Part shown: positions 17,015 through 25,532 of the stretch, one piece after another
Layout of the letters: each line of letters starts with the position of its first letter
Numbering within the stretch: the stretch's first letter is position 1
NCBI RefSeq assembly: GCF_000025505.1
Contig: NC_013849.1
Location: 720,001 to 752,000 of the forward strand
Direction of reading: 5' to 3'
Length of the DNA: 32,000 bases
Origin: Ferroglobus placidus DSM 10642
Lineage (GTDB): Archaea; Halobacteriota; Archaeoglobi; Archaeoglobales; Archaeoglobaceae
Made by a program: the position numbers and the translations under genes
Notes under the pieces: generated by a model
The model's input: the letters and a program-made list of their open reading frames with translations, nothing else
What the model was told of the DNA's origin: nothing
Databases searched by the model: none

Positions 17015-17424
17015 AAATCGTCGGTTTCGCGTGCCAGTGGTGCGCCTACAGAAGCGCCGACTTAGCCGGAACGCTGAAGTACGAGTATCCAAGCTCGATA
17101 TCACTCGTAAAAGTTCCCTGTTCTGGGAGAGTAGAAGCTGAATTCATTCTCAAAGCTTTAGCCGATGGAGCGGACGGTGTTTTCGTAGCCGGATGCCCGA
17201 AAAACGAGTGCCATTACAGAAGGGGAAACTTCGTGGCGGAAATGAGAACTTCCATCCTCTCAAACATTCTCCCGGAATTTGGTTTGGAATCTTCGAGAAT
17301 CGCTTTTCTCGAAGTTTCGAGCTCGGATGCAAAGAAGTTCGTTGAATTTGCAAGAAAATTCGATGAGAGAGTAAGAAATTTGGGGAAGAATCCGATTAGG
17401 AGGGATTTTAATGAAAAAGATTAG
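17011..17424 (+). CDS. mvhD: F420-non-reducing hydrogenase iron-sulfur subunit D (MvhD/VhuD/FlpD)
   Basis: MKIVGFACQWCAYRSADLAGTLKYEYP...VKVPCSGRVEAEFILKALADGADGVFVAGCPKNECHYRRGN. Confidence 0.94.
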   Translation: MKIVGFACQWCAYRSADLAGTLKYEYPSSISLVKVPCSGRVEAEFILKALADGADGVFVAGCPKNECHYRRGNFVAEMRTSILSNILPEFGLESSRIAFLEVSSSDAKKFVEFARKFDERVRNLGKNPIRRDFNEKD

Positions 17425-18310
17425 ATTGGCTTTTTACACAGCTTCAGGATGCTCCGGATGCATTCTTTCTTTTTTCGATCTCGAAGAATTCTTTCTTTCA
17501 TCAGAAAGATTCTCAGTCGTTTGGGCACCGATGTTCACGAATTCGAAGCTTGAAGACCTCGAAAAAATAGAGAGGATAGACTTGACGTTTATCGAAGGAA
17601 GCATCAGGCTAAGCGAGCATGAAGAAATCGTGAAGATTTTGAGGGAAAAGAGCGAAAAAGTTGTAGCTCTCGGGACCTGTGCCGTTTTCGGAGGGGTTCC
17701 GGGACTGTCTAACTTCTATTCCGATGAAGAAATTCTTTCAGACGTGTTTGACTCTGACGAAAACGCTCCAAAGCCGAGAACTCTTCTTGACGGAAAATAC
17801 GAGCTCACACTTCCGGAGTTTAAGGATGAAATGAAGAGAGTGGAGGAGGTAATTGAGGTAGACCACTTCGTTCCCGGATGCCCTCCAAGTAAAAACCAGC
17901 TGCTGAAAATCATCGATTTCGATTTTGAAGAAAGGTGGATAGTTGAAAAAACTTCCGTGTGTAGCGTTTGCCCGAGGAAGGTGGAAGAGATTAAAGTTTC
18001 CGCCGTGAAAAGAGCATTTGAAAAGGACGACGGCAGGTGTTTTCTTCTTCAAGGAATTCTGTGTTTCGGTCCCTTAACCCCGGGAAACTGCGAGGCTGCT
18101 TGTATTAAGGTGAACGTTCCATGCAGGGGTTGCTACGGATCTTTTCCGAACGTGAGAGATTTTGGTGCGAAATTCGTCGATCTAATTTCGTCAATCGCTG
18201 AGAAAAACATTGCTGAAGAACTTTCGAGAAAGTATCCGAGCTTAGCCAGAGTTATCTACGCTTACACGCTTCCGGCAGCGATAATAAACAAGAAAGTTAG
18301 GAAAGGGTGA
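17411..18310 (+). CDS. mvhG: F420-non-reducing hydrogenase small subunit (MvhG)
   Basis: LAFYTASGCSGCILSFFDLEE...ALGTCAVFGGVPGLSNF...VPGCPPSKNQL...CEAACIKVNVPCRGCYG. Confidence 0.92.
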   Translation: MKKIRLAFYTASGCSGCILSFFDLEEFFLSSERFSVVWAPMFTNSKLEDLEKIERIDLTFIEGSIRLSEHEEIVKILREKSEKVVALGTCAVFGGVPGLSNFYSDEEILSDVFDSDENAPKPRTLLDGKYELTLPEFKDEMKRVEEVIEVDHFVPGCPPSKNQLLKIIDFDFEERWIVEKTSVCSVCPRKVEEIKVSAVKRAFEKDDGRCFLLQGILCFGPLTPGNCEAACIKVNVPCRGCYGSFPNVRDFGAKFVDLISSIAEKNIAEELSRKYPSLARVIYAYTLPAAIINKKVRKG

Positions 18311-18314
18311 GAAC

Positions 18315-19688
18315 GTGAAGAAGGTAACTGTAAATCCAGTAACGAGGATTGAAGGTCACGCTAAAATTTCGGTTTTCCTCGATGATAAAAATGGAGTTGA
18401 AAACGTGTTTTTTCAGGCGACAGAATTTAGAGGTTACGAGAAGCTTTTGCTCGGGCTACCAATGGAAGAAGTGCCGAGAATCGTCTCTACGATTTGCGGA
18501 ATTTGTAGAGGCATTCATTTTGTGGCAGCTTTAAAAGCTGCCGATAAGGTCTTCAACGCTGAAGTTAGCGAAGCAGCGGAGAAGATTAGAGAAATGCTAA
18601 TCTACGCCCATTTCATCGAAGACCACTCTGTAACTCTCTTCGCCCTCGGTTTGCCGGATTACATTTCACCAAAGGAAAGAAACGTGTTCGGAGTTGTTAA
18701 AAAGCTCGGAACGACCGCTAAGGAGATAATAAGAAAGAGGAGCTACGCTCTGAAAATTATGGACATCCTCGGTGGAAAAAGCATGCATCCGGTAGCAGCT
18801 GTTCCCGGAGGGTGGTCGAAGAGGTTGTCAGAGGAAGAAAGAAGGAAAATAGAAATGTTCTCAAAAGAGCTCGTAGAACTCGGGAAAATTTTCGTCAGCA
18901 TCGTGGAAAAAGAAGCCGAAAAAATGGACAACCTTGAATTAAACTTGAACTTCCTCGCGACGTCGAAAAACGGAGAATACAGTCTTTACGACGGAGAAGA
19001 GGTCGTGATTGGTCCAGACGGAAAAGTCATCGAAAAGTTCAGTGGGGAAAACTACGAAGAACACATAAAGGAGAAGAGCGTCGAGTGGAGCTACAGCAAG
19101 CTTCCGTATCTTAGAAAGTTCGGATGGAGTGGATTGCAAGAAGATAAAAGTTTTTACGTAACCGGTCCACTTGCGAGGCTCAACGTTTCGAAAATACCAA
19201 CACCTCTGGCGAAAGAAAAAGCTGAAAGACTATTTGAATCTGGAAAACCCTCCAAGAATATCATCTTCAACCACTGGGCGCGGGCTGTAGAGGTTCTCCT
19301 CTGCGCTGAAAAGCTCGAAGAACTTGCCGGAGACAAAACTGTGACTGGAAGCGTAAGGGGGGAGATAGGAAAAATCGTTGGGGAAGGAGTAGGGGTCGTT
19401 GAAGCTCCGAGAGGATTGCTAATTCACCACTACAAAACCGACGGGAGAGGAATTGTAAAGTGGGCTAACCTAATAGTGGCGACAACTCAAAACACGCCAG
19501 CTATAAACATCGCGCTGAAAAAAGCTGCAAAAGAGAAGTTCAGCAAAGAAACCCTCGAAACCTTCGAAAAAGTCGTTAGAGCTTTTGATCCGTGCATGTC
19601 CTGTGCTACGCATTCCGTTTCTGGAAAAATTCCCATAGAGGTGGAAATTTGGAAAAAAGGGAAATTAATTGGCAAGGTGAGAAATTGA
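18315..19688 (+). CDS. mvhA: F420-non-reducing hydrogenase large subunit (MvhA)
   Basis: VNPVTRIEGHAKISVFL; TICGICRGIHF; RAFDPCMSCATHSVSGK followed by a cleavable-tail-length extension. Confidence 0.93.
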   Translation: MKKVTVNPVTRIEGHAKISVFLDDKNGVENVFFQATEFRGYEKLLLGLPMEEVPRIVSTICGICRGIHFVAALKAADKVFNAEVSEAAEKIREMLIYAHFIEDHSVTLFALGLPDYISPKERNVFGVVKKLGTTAKEIIRKRSYALKIMDILGGKSMHPVAAVPGGWSKRLSEEERRKIEMFSKELVELGKIFVSIVEKEAEKMDNLELNLNFLATSKNGEYSLYDGEEVVIGPDGKVIEKFSGENYEEHIKEKSVEWSYSKLPYLRKFGWSGLQEDKSFYVTGPLARLNVSKIPTPLAKEKAERLFESGKPSKNIIFNHWARAVEVLLCAEKLEELAGDKTVTGSVRGEIGKIVGEGVGVVEAPRGLLIHHYKTDGRGIVKWANLIVATTQNTPAINIALKKAAKEKFSKETLETFEKVVRAFDPCMSCATHSVSGKIPIEVEIWKKGKLIGKVRN

Positions 19689-20152
19689 GAAAAGTCGTTG
19701 TAGGGGTTGGCAATCCGAACGTTCCGAAAGATTCCGCCGGATGGATCGTCGCTGAGGAGGCTGCGAAAGTTTGCGGAGTCGACAAAATATTGCTTTCAAC
19801 GACTTCCTTTGAAATACTGGACGTTCTCCTCGAATACGATTACGCGGTTGTAGTAGACACGGCGCTTGGAGAGGAAGGAAGAATTCGCGTTCTCGACCTC
19901 GAAGAGTTGAAAAACGCCGAGATGACGTTAAAAACTACTCACTCCCTCGATTTGCTAACTACTTTAAAAATAGGTTTAGAGTTATTTGAAAATATCGCTT
20001 ACACGAAAGTAGTCCTTGTAGAAGTGAAAGATTTAAATGGAGAGATGGACGACGCTTTCAAAAGACGTTTGAAAGAAGCATCAAAAATTGTAATTACCCT
20101 CCTTTCGGCAAAAAACCTATATCCTCGGGAGTCAAAGATTATTCGGCGATGA
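19685..20152 (+). CDS. Second hydrogenase maturation protease; TTG start overlapping the mvhA stop
   Basis: LRKVVVGVGNPNVPKDSAGWIVAEEAAKVCG...AVVVDTALGEEGRI...LKTTHSLDLLTTLK. Confidence 0.82.
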   Translation: MRKVVVGVGNPNVPKDSAGWIVAEEAAKVCGVDKILLSTTSFEILDVLLEYDYAVVVDTALGEEGRIRVLDLEELKNAEMTLKTTHSLDLLTTLKIGLELFENIAYTKVVLVEVKDLNGEMDDAFKRRLKEASKIVITLLSAKNLYPRESKIIRR

Positions 20153-20200
20153 TGAAAGGACCCCTCTGAAGAGTGATGAGGGTCTTGAGTTCTGAGCCGA
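20143..20200 (+). ncRNA. C/D box guide sRNA (predicted 2'-O-methylation guide)
   Basis: TCGGC-g-ATGATGA(C, 20149-20155)-AAGGACCCCT-CTGA(D', 20166-20169)-aga-GTGATGA(C', 20173-20179)-GGGTCTTGAGTT-CTGA(D, 20192-20195)-GCCGA. All four boxes match consensus. There is a 5-bp terminal stem and guide lengths are 10 and 12 nt. Confidence 0.9.
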
Positions 20201-20218
20201 CGAAAGTGAGGTGGTAGC

Positions 20219-20587
20219 GTGAAGGTAAACGTTAAGCTCGTAATCGGAGTCTCGCTAATAGTTTTCTCGATAGCCTTAGCTCTCGCTTTCAAAAGCAACA
20301 TCTCCCCTTACATGACAGTTTCCGAAGTTGTAAGGAAAGGTGAAGCCTACAATGTGCAGGTGAACGGAACGATCGTCCCAGACTCCACTAAATACTTCCC
20401 AGAGAACAACACGAGAATTTTCTTACTTACCGACGGAAAGGAGGTTATGAAAGTAATTTACACGGGAGCGGTGTCGAATTATCAGGAAGGAATTCCTGCG
20501 GTCGTAATAGGAGACTACAAGGACGGAGTGTTTTACGCTGAAAAGCTTCTGCTTAAGTGCCCGAGCAAGTACCAAACGGAGGGATAA
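20219..20587 (+). CDS. ccmE: Cytochrome c maturation haem chaperone CcmE, CxxxY variant; GTG start
   Basis: N-terminal TM anchor, OB-fold-like sequence, C-terminal LLLKCPSKYQ motif. Directly followed by ccmF. Confidence 0.87.
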   Translation: MKVNVKLVIGVSLIVFSIALALAFKSNISPYMTVSEVVRKGEAYNVQVNGTIVPDSTKYFPENNTRIFLLTDGKEVMKVIYTGAVSNYQEGIPAVVIGDYKDGVFYAEKLLLKCPSKYQTEG

Positions 20588-20588
20588 C

Positions 20589-22403
20589 GTGGATATAGGC
20601 TACCTATTTGCTTTATTCGGATTTTTAACATCTGTTTACGCTTCCTACTCATTTTTTTCAGGCTCCTTTTCGAAATCTAAGAGAAAAGCTCAAGCCAGTT
20701 TGAAAAGGGGGGAGCAACTAACCTACACCTCATTCGTTTTCTTTTTAATTTCGTATCTGATTCTGACGTACTACTTCCTAATCCACGATTTCAGCTACTA
20801 TTACGTCTACTCTTACTCGGACACAAAGCTCAGCACCGCCTACCTTATCAGCGCCGTATGGGCTGGGAGAGAAGGATCTCTTTTACTCTGGATTCTGTAT
20901 CTCGCTCTACTTTCAGTTCTCGCTTTGAAGATGGATGCGAAGGATAAAGTACTCGCCACCTCCCTCGGAATAGTTCTCGCTTTCACGTCAGCTTTAACCC
21001 TCCTAATTTTGACGGCTTCGAACCCCTTCGTAAAAATGGACTTCACCCCTCCAGAAGGCTACGGATTGAATCCGCTTTTAAGAACTCCGGAAATGGCACT
21101 ACACCCGCCAACGATATTTTTGGGATACGCAGCGGGAATATTTCCCTTTGCCTACGCCGCTTCATCGCTCTTGCACGGAGAAGAATGGAGAAACCGAGTA
21201 AGGTTCTGGACTCTCTTAGCTTGGATTTTCCTTTCGATAGGCATCCTCCTCGGCGGCTGGTGGGCTTACAAAACCCTCGGCTGGGGAGGTTACTGGGCTT
21301 GGGATCCCGTTGAAAATGCCTCACTTCTCCCTTGGATAACTGCCACAGCTTTACTCCACGGAATAATGAGGAAGAGATTCGAAGCGCTGAACTATTACTT
21401 AGCCCTCGCTACAGCCGCGCTGGTTATATTAGCAACATTCATAACGAGGAGCGGGATAATAGAGAGCGTTCACGCCTTCGGAGAGAATCCGGAAGGTCCT
21501 GTTTACTTATTTTATCTCGCGGCGCTGATAGTTGTTGGTGTGGCTGTGGAAAGAAAAGTCAAGCTAAAACTGGAGGTTAACTTTGAGCCGAGAGAGCTAA
21601 CGATCTTCCTCAAAATACTGATATTCGTTTTATCGCTCGTCACAATACTCCTCGGCACGTTAGCTCCTACTCTATTCAACGTGGCAGTTGGAAGGGAGTA
21701 TTACAACAGAATAGAAATTCCCCTCGGAGTTATGCTCGTCATCCTCCTCGGAATCTGCATAAGCCTCGACTGGGTTTACAGAAGAGACGAATTTCTCAAA
21801 AGATTGAAGGTTTCCATAGTCGTCGGGTTAATCTCGTTTGTCTTAGCGTACTTTACGACAAAGCTGACTATAGCAAGCGTAGGAGTCGGAATTTTCGCTT
21901 TCTCGCTCGTTCCACACCTTCTGACTTTAAAGCAGGGAATCAACGTGAGGAAAATCGGCGGTTACGTAACTCACGTAGGTTTGCTGCTACTTTTCATTGG
22001 AGTTATGAGTTCGTGGATTTACGAAGAACATTACAATTTGAGACTCGACGTCAACGAAGAGACGAACGTAAAAGACTACACTCTTCTCCTCAAAAACGTG
22101 AGGTTTTACGAGGATGAAGAAAAGAGCGTTGTCGAAGCCACGGTAGAAGTTTTCGAAAAAGGAGAGCTCGTGGCAACACTTCAACCGAAACAGCTGTTTT
22201 ACAAGCTTATGAGGCAGGACAGGGTAGTTTCCGGAGTTGACATAGAAAGCAAGCTTACGAAAGACTATTACATGGCACTAAGCGGATTCAGCAAAGACTA
22301 CGTTTTCGTGGAGTTTTACGTTGTTCCGCTCGTGAGCTTCGTTTGGATAGGGTCGACGCTTATGATAGTCGGAGGGATAATTTCGGCAAGCAAAAGAGGA
22401 TAA
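20589..22403 (+). CDS. ccmF: Cytochrome c maturation/haem lyase protein CcmF; GTG start
   Basis: Many TM helices; WWAYKTLGWGGYWAWDPVENASLLPWITATALLHG (WWD-type haem-handling motif). Confidence 0.93.
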   Translation: MDIGYLFALFGFLTSVYASYSFFSGSFSKSKRKAQASLKRGEQLTYTSFVFFLISYLILTYYFLIHDFSYYYVYSYSDTKLSTAYLISAVWAGREGSLLLWILYLALLSVLALKMDAKDKVLATSLGIVLAFTSALTLLILTASNPFVKMDFTPPEGYGLNPLLRTPEMALHPPTIFLGYAAGIFPFAYAASSLLHGEEWRNRVRFWTLLAWIFLSIGILLGGWWAYKTLGWGGYWAWDPVENASLLPWITATALLHGIMRKRFEALNYYLALATAALVILATFITRSGIIESVHAFGENPEGPVYLFYLAALIVVGVAVERKVKLKLEVNFEPRELTIFLKILIFVLSLVTILLGTLAPTLFNVAVGREYYNRIEIPLGVMLVILLGICISLDWVYRRDEFLKRLKVSIVVGLISFVLAYFTTKLTIASVGVGIFAFSLVPHLLTLKQGINVRKIGGYVTHVGLLLLFIGVMSSWIYEEHYNLRLDVNEETNVKDYTLLLKNVRFYEDEEKSVVEATVEVFEKGELVATLQPKQLFYKLMRQDRVVSGVDIESKLTKDYYMALSGFSKDYVFVEFYVVPLVSFVWIGSTLMIVGGIISASKRG

Positions 22404-22404
22404 A

Positions 22405-23193
22405 TTAAGAAAGTTCTTCGAGAATCCTGTTTGCTTCTTCAGCCTTCTCCTTCAAAATTTCAAGAGCTTTTCGCATTACGGTTCTCACAGGTAGCTGCCC
22501 AACCCCTTCTACGGTAAAGAGAAAGTCTCCCGTTTCCTCTATCAGTATCGCATTCGCTTCGCAAACTCTTACGCAATCCCTGCACATCGAGCATTCGAGA
22601 ACGTTTTCCACAACAACTTTCCCGTTATCGTTTTTCAGGACGTTTCTCGGGCATGCATCGACGCATTTCATGCATAGGTTGCAGTCTTCGGTGATTTCTA
22701 TCCTCGGAATTATTTTATAGTAGCATATCGAGACCGGCTGGAATTTCGCATGCTCTTTTCCTGTTCCAAGCCTCGCGACTGCTTCAAGCATCAGCTGCTG
22801 CCCTTCGTAAAGCTCGACAATCGGAATATTGTCGTAAACTGGCTTGACTTCAGGATCGTCGGGAATCAAATCGCCAGAGTAGACGGTTTTGGGACCCTCG
22901 ACGTTCAGTCTTAAAGAAACCTGACAGTTCGGGCAGCCTTCTCCTTCGCAAACGCACTTGTCCTGAAAGTTGTACCTCTCCAGATCAGTCTTCAAAGGAA
23001 TTAAACCAATTCTGTGGGCTATGATTTCATCGTACAAAAGCGACGTGTTCAGGTAGAAGTCAACGTAGTCCACAGCAAGCGTTGGGACTAAGCTCTTCAT
23101 AGCTCTTCTCCAAGCGTTGGCAAAAACGTAGTCCGAATCTTTCAAAATAAATTTAATTTTAAGCTCTTCTTCCGATAAAATTTCCACCTTCAT
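22405..23193 (-). CDS. rpoD: DNA-directed RNA polymerase subunit D with ferredoxin-like Fe-S domain
   Basis: [47 protein letters not shown]...HRIGLIPL...CNLCMKCVDACPRNVL...CSMCRDCVRVCEANAI. Confidence 0.95.
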   Translation of the reverse strand: MKVEILSEEELKIKFILKDSDYVFANAWRRAMKSLVPTLAVDYVDFYLNTSLLYDEIIAHRIGLIPLKTDLERYNFQDKCVCEGEGCPNCQVSLRLNVEGPKTVYSGDLIPDDPEVKPVYDNIPIVELYEGQQLMLEAVARLGTGKEHAKFQPVSICYYKIIPRIEITEDCNLCMKCVDACPRNVLKNDNGKVVVENVLECSMCRDCVRVCEANAILIEETGDFLFTVEGVGQLPVRTVMRKALEILKEKAEEANRILEELS

Positions 23194-23594
23194 TACACTC
23201 TCCTACCTCTCTTACCACCCGGAGGTCTCGTTCCGTCGTGCGGAATTGGAGTAACGTCCTCGATCCTTCCTATTTTCAGTCCAGCTCTCGCCAAGGCTCT
23301 AATCGCAGCCTGAGCTCCCGGACCGGGAGTCGTGTGCTTGTTTCCGCCGGGAGCTCTGACCTTTATGTGAACACCAACGATTCCCTTCTCCTTCGCCATT
23401 TCTGCAGCTCTCAAAGCTGCCTGCATCGCCGTATAAGGATTGCCCTCATCTCTGTCAGCTTTGACTATCATCCCACCGCTGACTCTGGCTATCGTCTCAC
23501 TTCCAGTTATATCGGTTATCGTGATTATCGTGTTGTTGTAAGAGGAGAAGATGTGAGCGATACCCCAAATCTCCTTCTTCTTTTTTTCAGCCAT
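23193..23594 (-). CDS. rps11: 30S ribosomal protein S11
   Basis: [51 protein letters not shown]...GGKRGRRV. Confidence 0.97.
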   Translation of the reverse strand: MAEKKKKEIWGIAHIFSSYNNTIITITDITGSETIARVSGGMIVKADRDEGNPYTAMQAALRAAEMAKEKGIVGVHIKVRAPGGNKHTTPGPGAQAAIRALARAGLKIGRIEDVTPIPHDGTRPPGGKRGRRV

Positions 23595-23596
23595 AA

Positions 23597-24112
23597 TTAC
23601 TCACCCCTCTTAGCGAATGGAGAGTTGGGATAGTAATCTATCAGACTTTCCTCGTCTTTTTCGACTATGTAGCTCGGAGAAGTTACCCTCCTTCCAGCAA
23701 TGGCTATGTGCCCGTGAACTATCAACTGTCTCGCCTGCTTTATCGTATTGGCTAAGCCCATTCTGTAAACTATGGTCTGCAACCTTCTCTCAAGGAAATC
23801 CTCTACAGTCAAGTTTAATATGTCGTCAAGAGTCGCGTTTTCCGGCAAAACACCAATTCTGTTGAGCTTCTTTATGATCTGCTGTGCCTTTGCTTTAGCT
23901 ATTTCTCCCTCCCTCCCCGGGAGGTTGACCTTAGCGAGAAGTTCTCTTGCAGCTCTTCTGTACTTTCTCAGTATAGCCTGAAACCTCCAAAGCTCCCTCT
24001 TGTTTCTCAAACCGTACTTAATTATGAGAGGTCTCTCCTTCTCAAGTCTAACCCTATCCCAGGGTTTTTTCGGGGTCAGATACTTTTTCCTGTGCCTCTT
24101 AGGATCGCCCAT
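23597..24112 (-). CDS. rps4: 30S ribosomal protein S4
   Basis: [43 protein letters not shown]...[41 protein letters not shown]. Confidence 0.97.
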   Translation of the reverse strand: MGDPKRHRKKYLTPKKPWDRVRLEKERPLIIKYGLRNKRELWRFQAILRKYRRAARELLAKVNLPGREGEIAKAKAQQIIKKLNRIGVLPENATLDDILNLTVEDFLERRLQTIVYRMGLANTIKQARQLIVHGHIAIAGRRVTSPSYIVEKDEESLIDYYPNSPFAKRGE

Positions 24113-24121
24113 ACCATCACC

Positions 24122-24565
24122 TCACTTCTTCCTCCTCTGCACTCCGACCGTCTGTCCAGTTCTTCCAGTTGACCTCGTCCTCTGCCCTCTAACCTTGTAT
24201 CCTTTCGCATGTCTGATTCCTCTGTAGGCTCTTATCTTTATCAACCTCTCAATGTCGAGTTTCTTAGCCAAATCGACATCTTTGCCGAGGAGGTGAAGGT
24301 CTTTGCCGGTGTAAAGGTCCTTCCTCCTGTTGAGCATCCAGGAAGGGAGCTCCTCTATGTTCTCCTCTACGAATTTCTTCAGCTTCTCGATTTCCTCATC
24401 GCTGAGGTTTCCGAGTTTTTCTCTCGCGTTCAATCCCAGGTGGTTAGTGATGGCTCTCGCCATCCTCAAACCTATACCCTTGATTCCCGTTAACGCGTGG
24501 ACTAAGGGTTTATTTCCGTCCAAATCCGTATCGGCGATTCTGACTATGTGCTTGAACTCCGCCAT
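24122..24565 (-). CDS. rps13: 30S ribosomal protein S13; start trimmed to internal ATG
   Basis: MAEFKHIVRIADTDLDGNKPLVHALTGIKGIGLRMARAI...IRAYRGIRHAKGYKVRGQRTRSTGRTGQTVGVQRRKK. Confidence 0.96.
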   Translation of the reverse strand: MAEFKHIVRIADTDLDGNKPLVHALTGIKGIGLRMARAITNHLGLNAREKLGNLSDEEIEKLKKFVEENIEELPSWMLNRRKDLYTGKDLHLLGKDVDLAKKLDIERLIKIRAYRGIRHAKGYKVRGQRTRSTGRTGQTVGVQRRKK

Positions 24566-24628
24566 GGGATCACCTTCTGAGTGGAGAGGTGGGAAAGATA
24601 GATATTTAAACGTTGCTCTCAAAGTCTT

Positions 24629-25132
24629 GTGATTTGCGGGATAGACGTCGGGATTAAAGAAAGTTTCGTTGCTGTAGTAGAAGGGAGAAGAATCGTTTAC
24701 CTCGGAAAATTAAAAGATTTGCCGCTCTGCGAAGCTTACGGAATCGACGCACCTTTAAGTTACGAAGAACCATTTAGAGACTGCGAAAGAGAACTTCTCA
24801 AAATGGGTATTCCGGTAATTCCACTCAACACGCCCTTCATGAAGGCTTTGCACAAAAAAGCTGTGGAAATTGTTGAAAAAATTGAGAGCAGGATCATCTT
24901 CGAAGTTTACCCCTACGCAACGAGAAAACTCCTCGGCTTTGCCTACAGCAAAAAGAGGAAAGAAGATAGAAAAAAGATAGAAGAAAGCTTGAAGAAATTC
25001 TTCGATTTTGAAAAAGAGCTGAACGAGCATGAGATAGACGCGTTAACGGCTGCTTTAACCGTGAAGCTATTCTTTGAAGGGAAAGCAAAAGAAGTAGGCA
25101 GAAAATGCAAAATTCTAATTCCTTCAGTTTAG
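24629..25132 (+). CDS. DUF429-like protein (RNase H-fold-like)
   Basis: MICGIDVGIKESFVAVVEGRRIVYLG...YGIDAPLS...VIPLNTPFMKAL...FEVYPYATRKLLGF. Confidence 0.8.
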   Translation: MICGIDVGIKESFVAVVEGRRIVYLGKLKDLPLCEAYGIDAPLSYEEPFRDCERELLKMGIPVIPLNTPFMKALHKKAVEIVEKIESRIIFEVYPYATRKLLGFAYSKKRKEDRKKIEESLKKFFDFEKELNEHEIDALTAALTVKLFFEGKAKEVGRKCKILIPSV

Positions 25133-25357
25133 CTTCGCACACTCAAGTTCCATAACTTCCGCTTTCGGCTTCCTTCTCTTAAAAGCGTAATCCTTGGCTG
25201 CGACGATAATTTCACAGAAAGGCTGACAAAAACCGTAAAGACTGGAGCAATTTTCCATCAAAGAGCACTCCAAAACCATAACAGATTTGCTCTCCGTGTC
25301 GACGTCAACTATTCCCTCCCTCCTACGAAGTTTTATTTTCAGTCTGATAGGGTTCAT
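25124..25357 (-). CDS. Small conserved-looking protein with clustered cysteines, function unknown
   Basis: 77 aa: MNPIRLKIKLRRREGIVDVDTESKSVMVLECSLMENCSSLYGFCQPFCEIIVAAKDYAFKRRKPKAEVMELECAKLN. Confidence 0.6.
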   Translation of the reverse strand: MNPIRLKIKLRRREGIVDVDTESKSVMVLECSLMENCSSLYGFCQPFCEIIVAAKDYAFKRRKPKAEVMELECAKLN

Positions 25358-25532
25358 ACTGTTTCCCCCATATCATTATCATAGTTGTAATAATGTTCTT
25401 AGTATACTTTACTTACCTAATCCTATATATCTTTTTCGACAGCAAAAATCCAATAATAAAAAATCATCAATAATAATTTAAGAATAAACGGGCAGCGAAA
25501 TTTATATATTTAGAAGGGCTAAACTCCAAAGG

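Noticed and set aside
25465-25500. Minus-strand TTGATGAT in the AT-rich region upstream of the beta-CASP RNase
   Set aside because: Does not match RTGATGA, with no D/D' boxes nearby; simple AT-rich promoter DNA.
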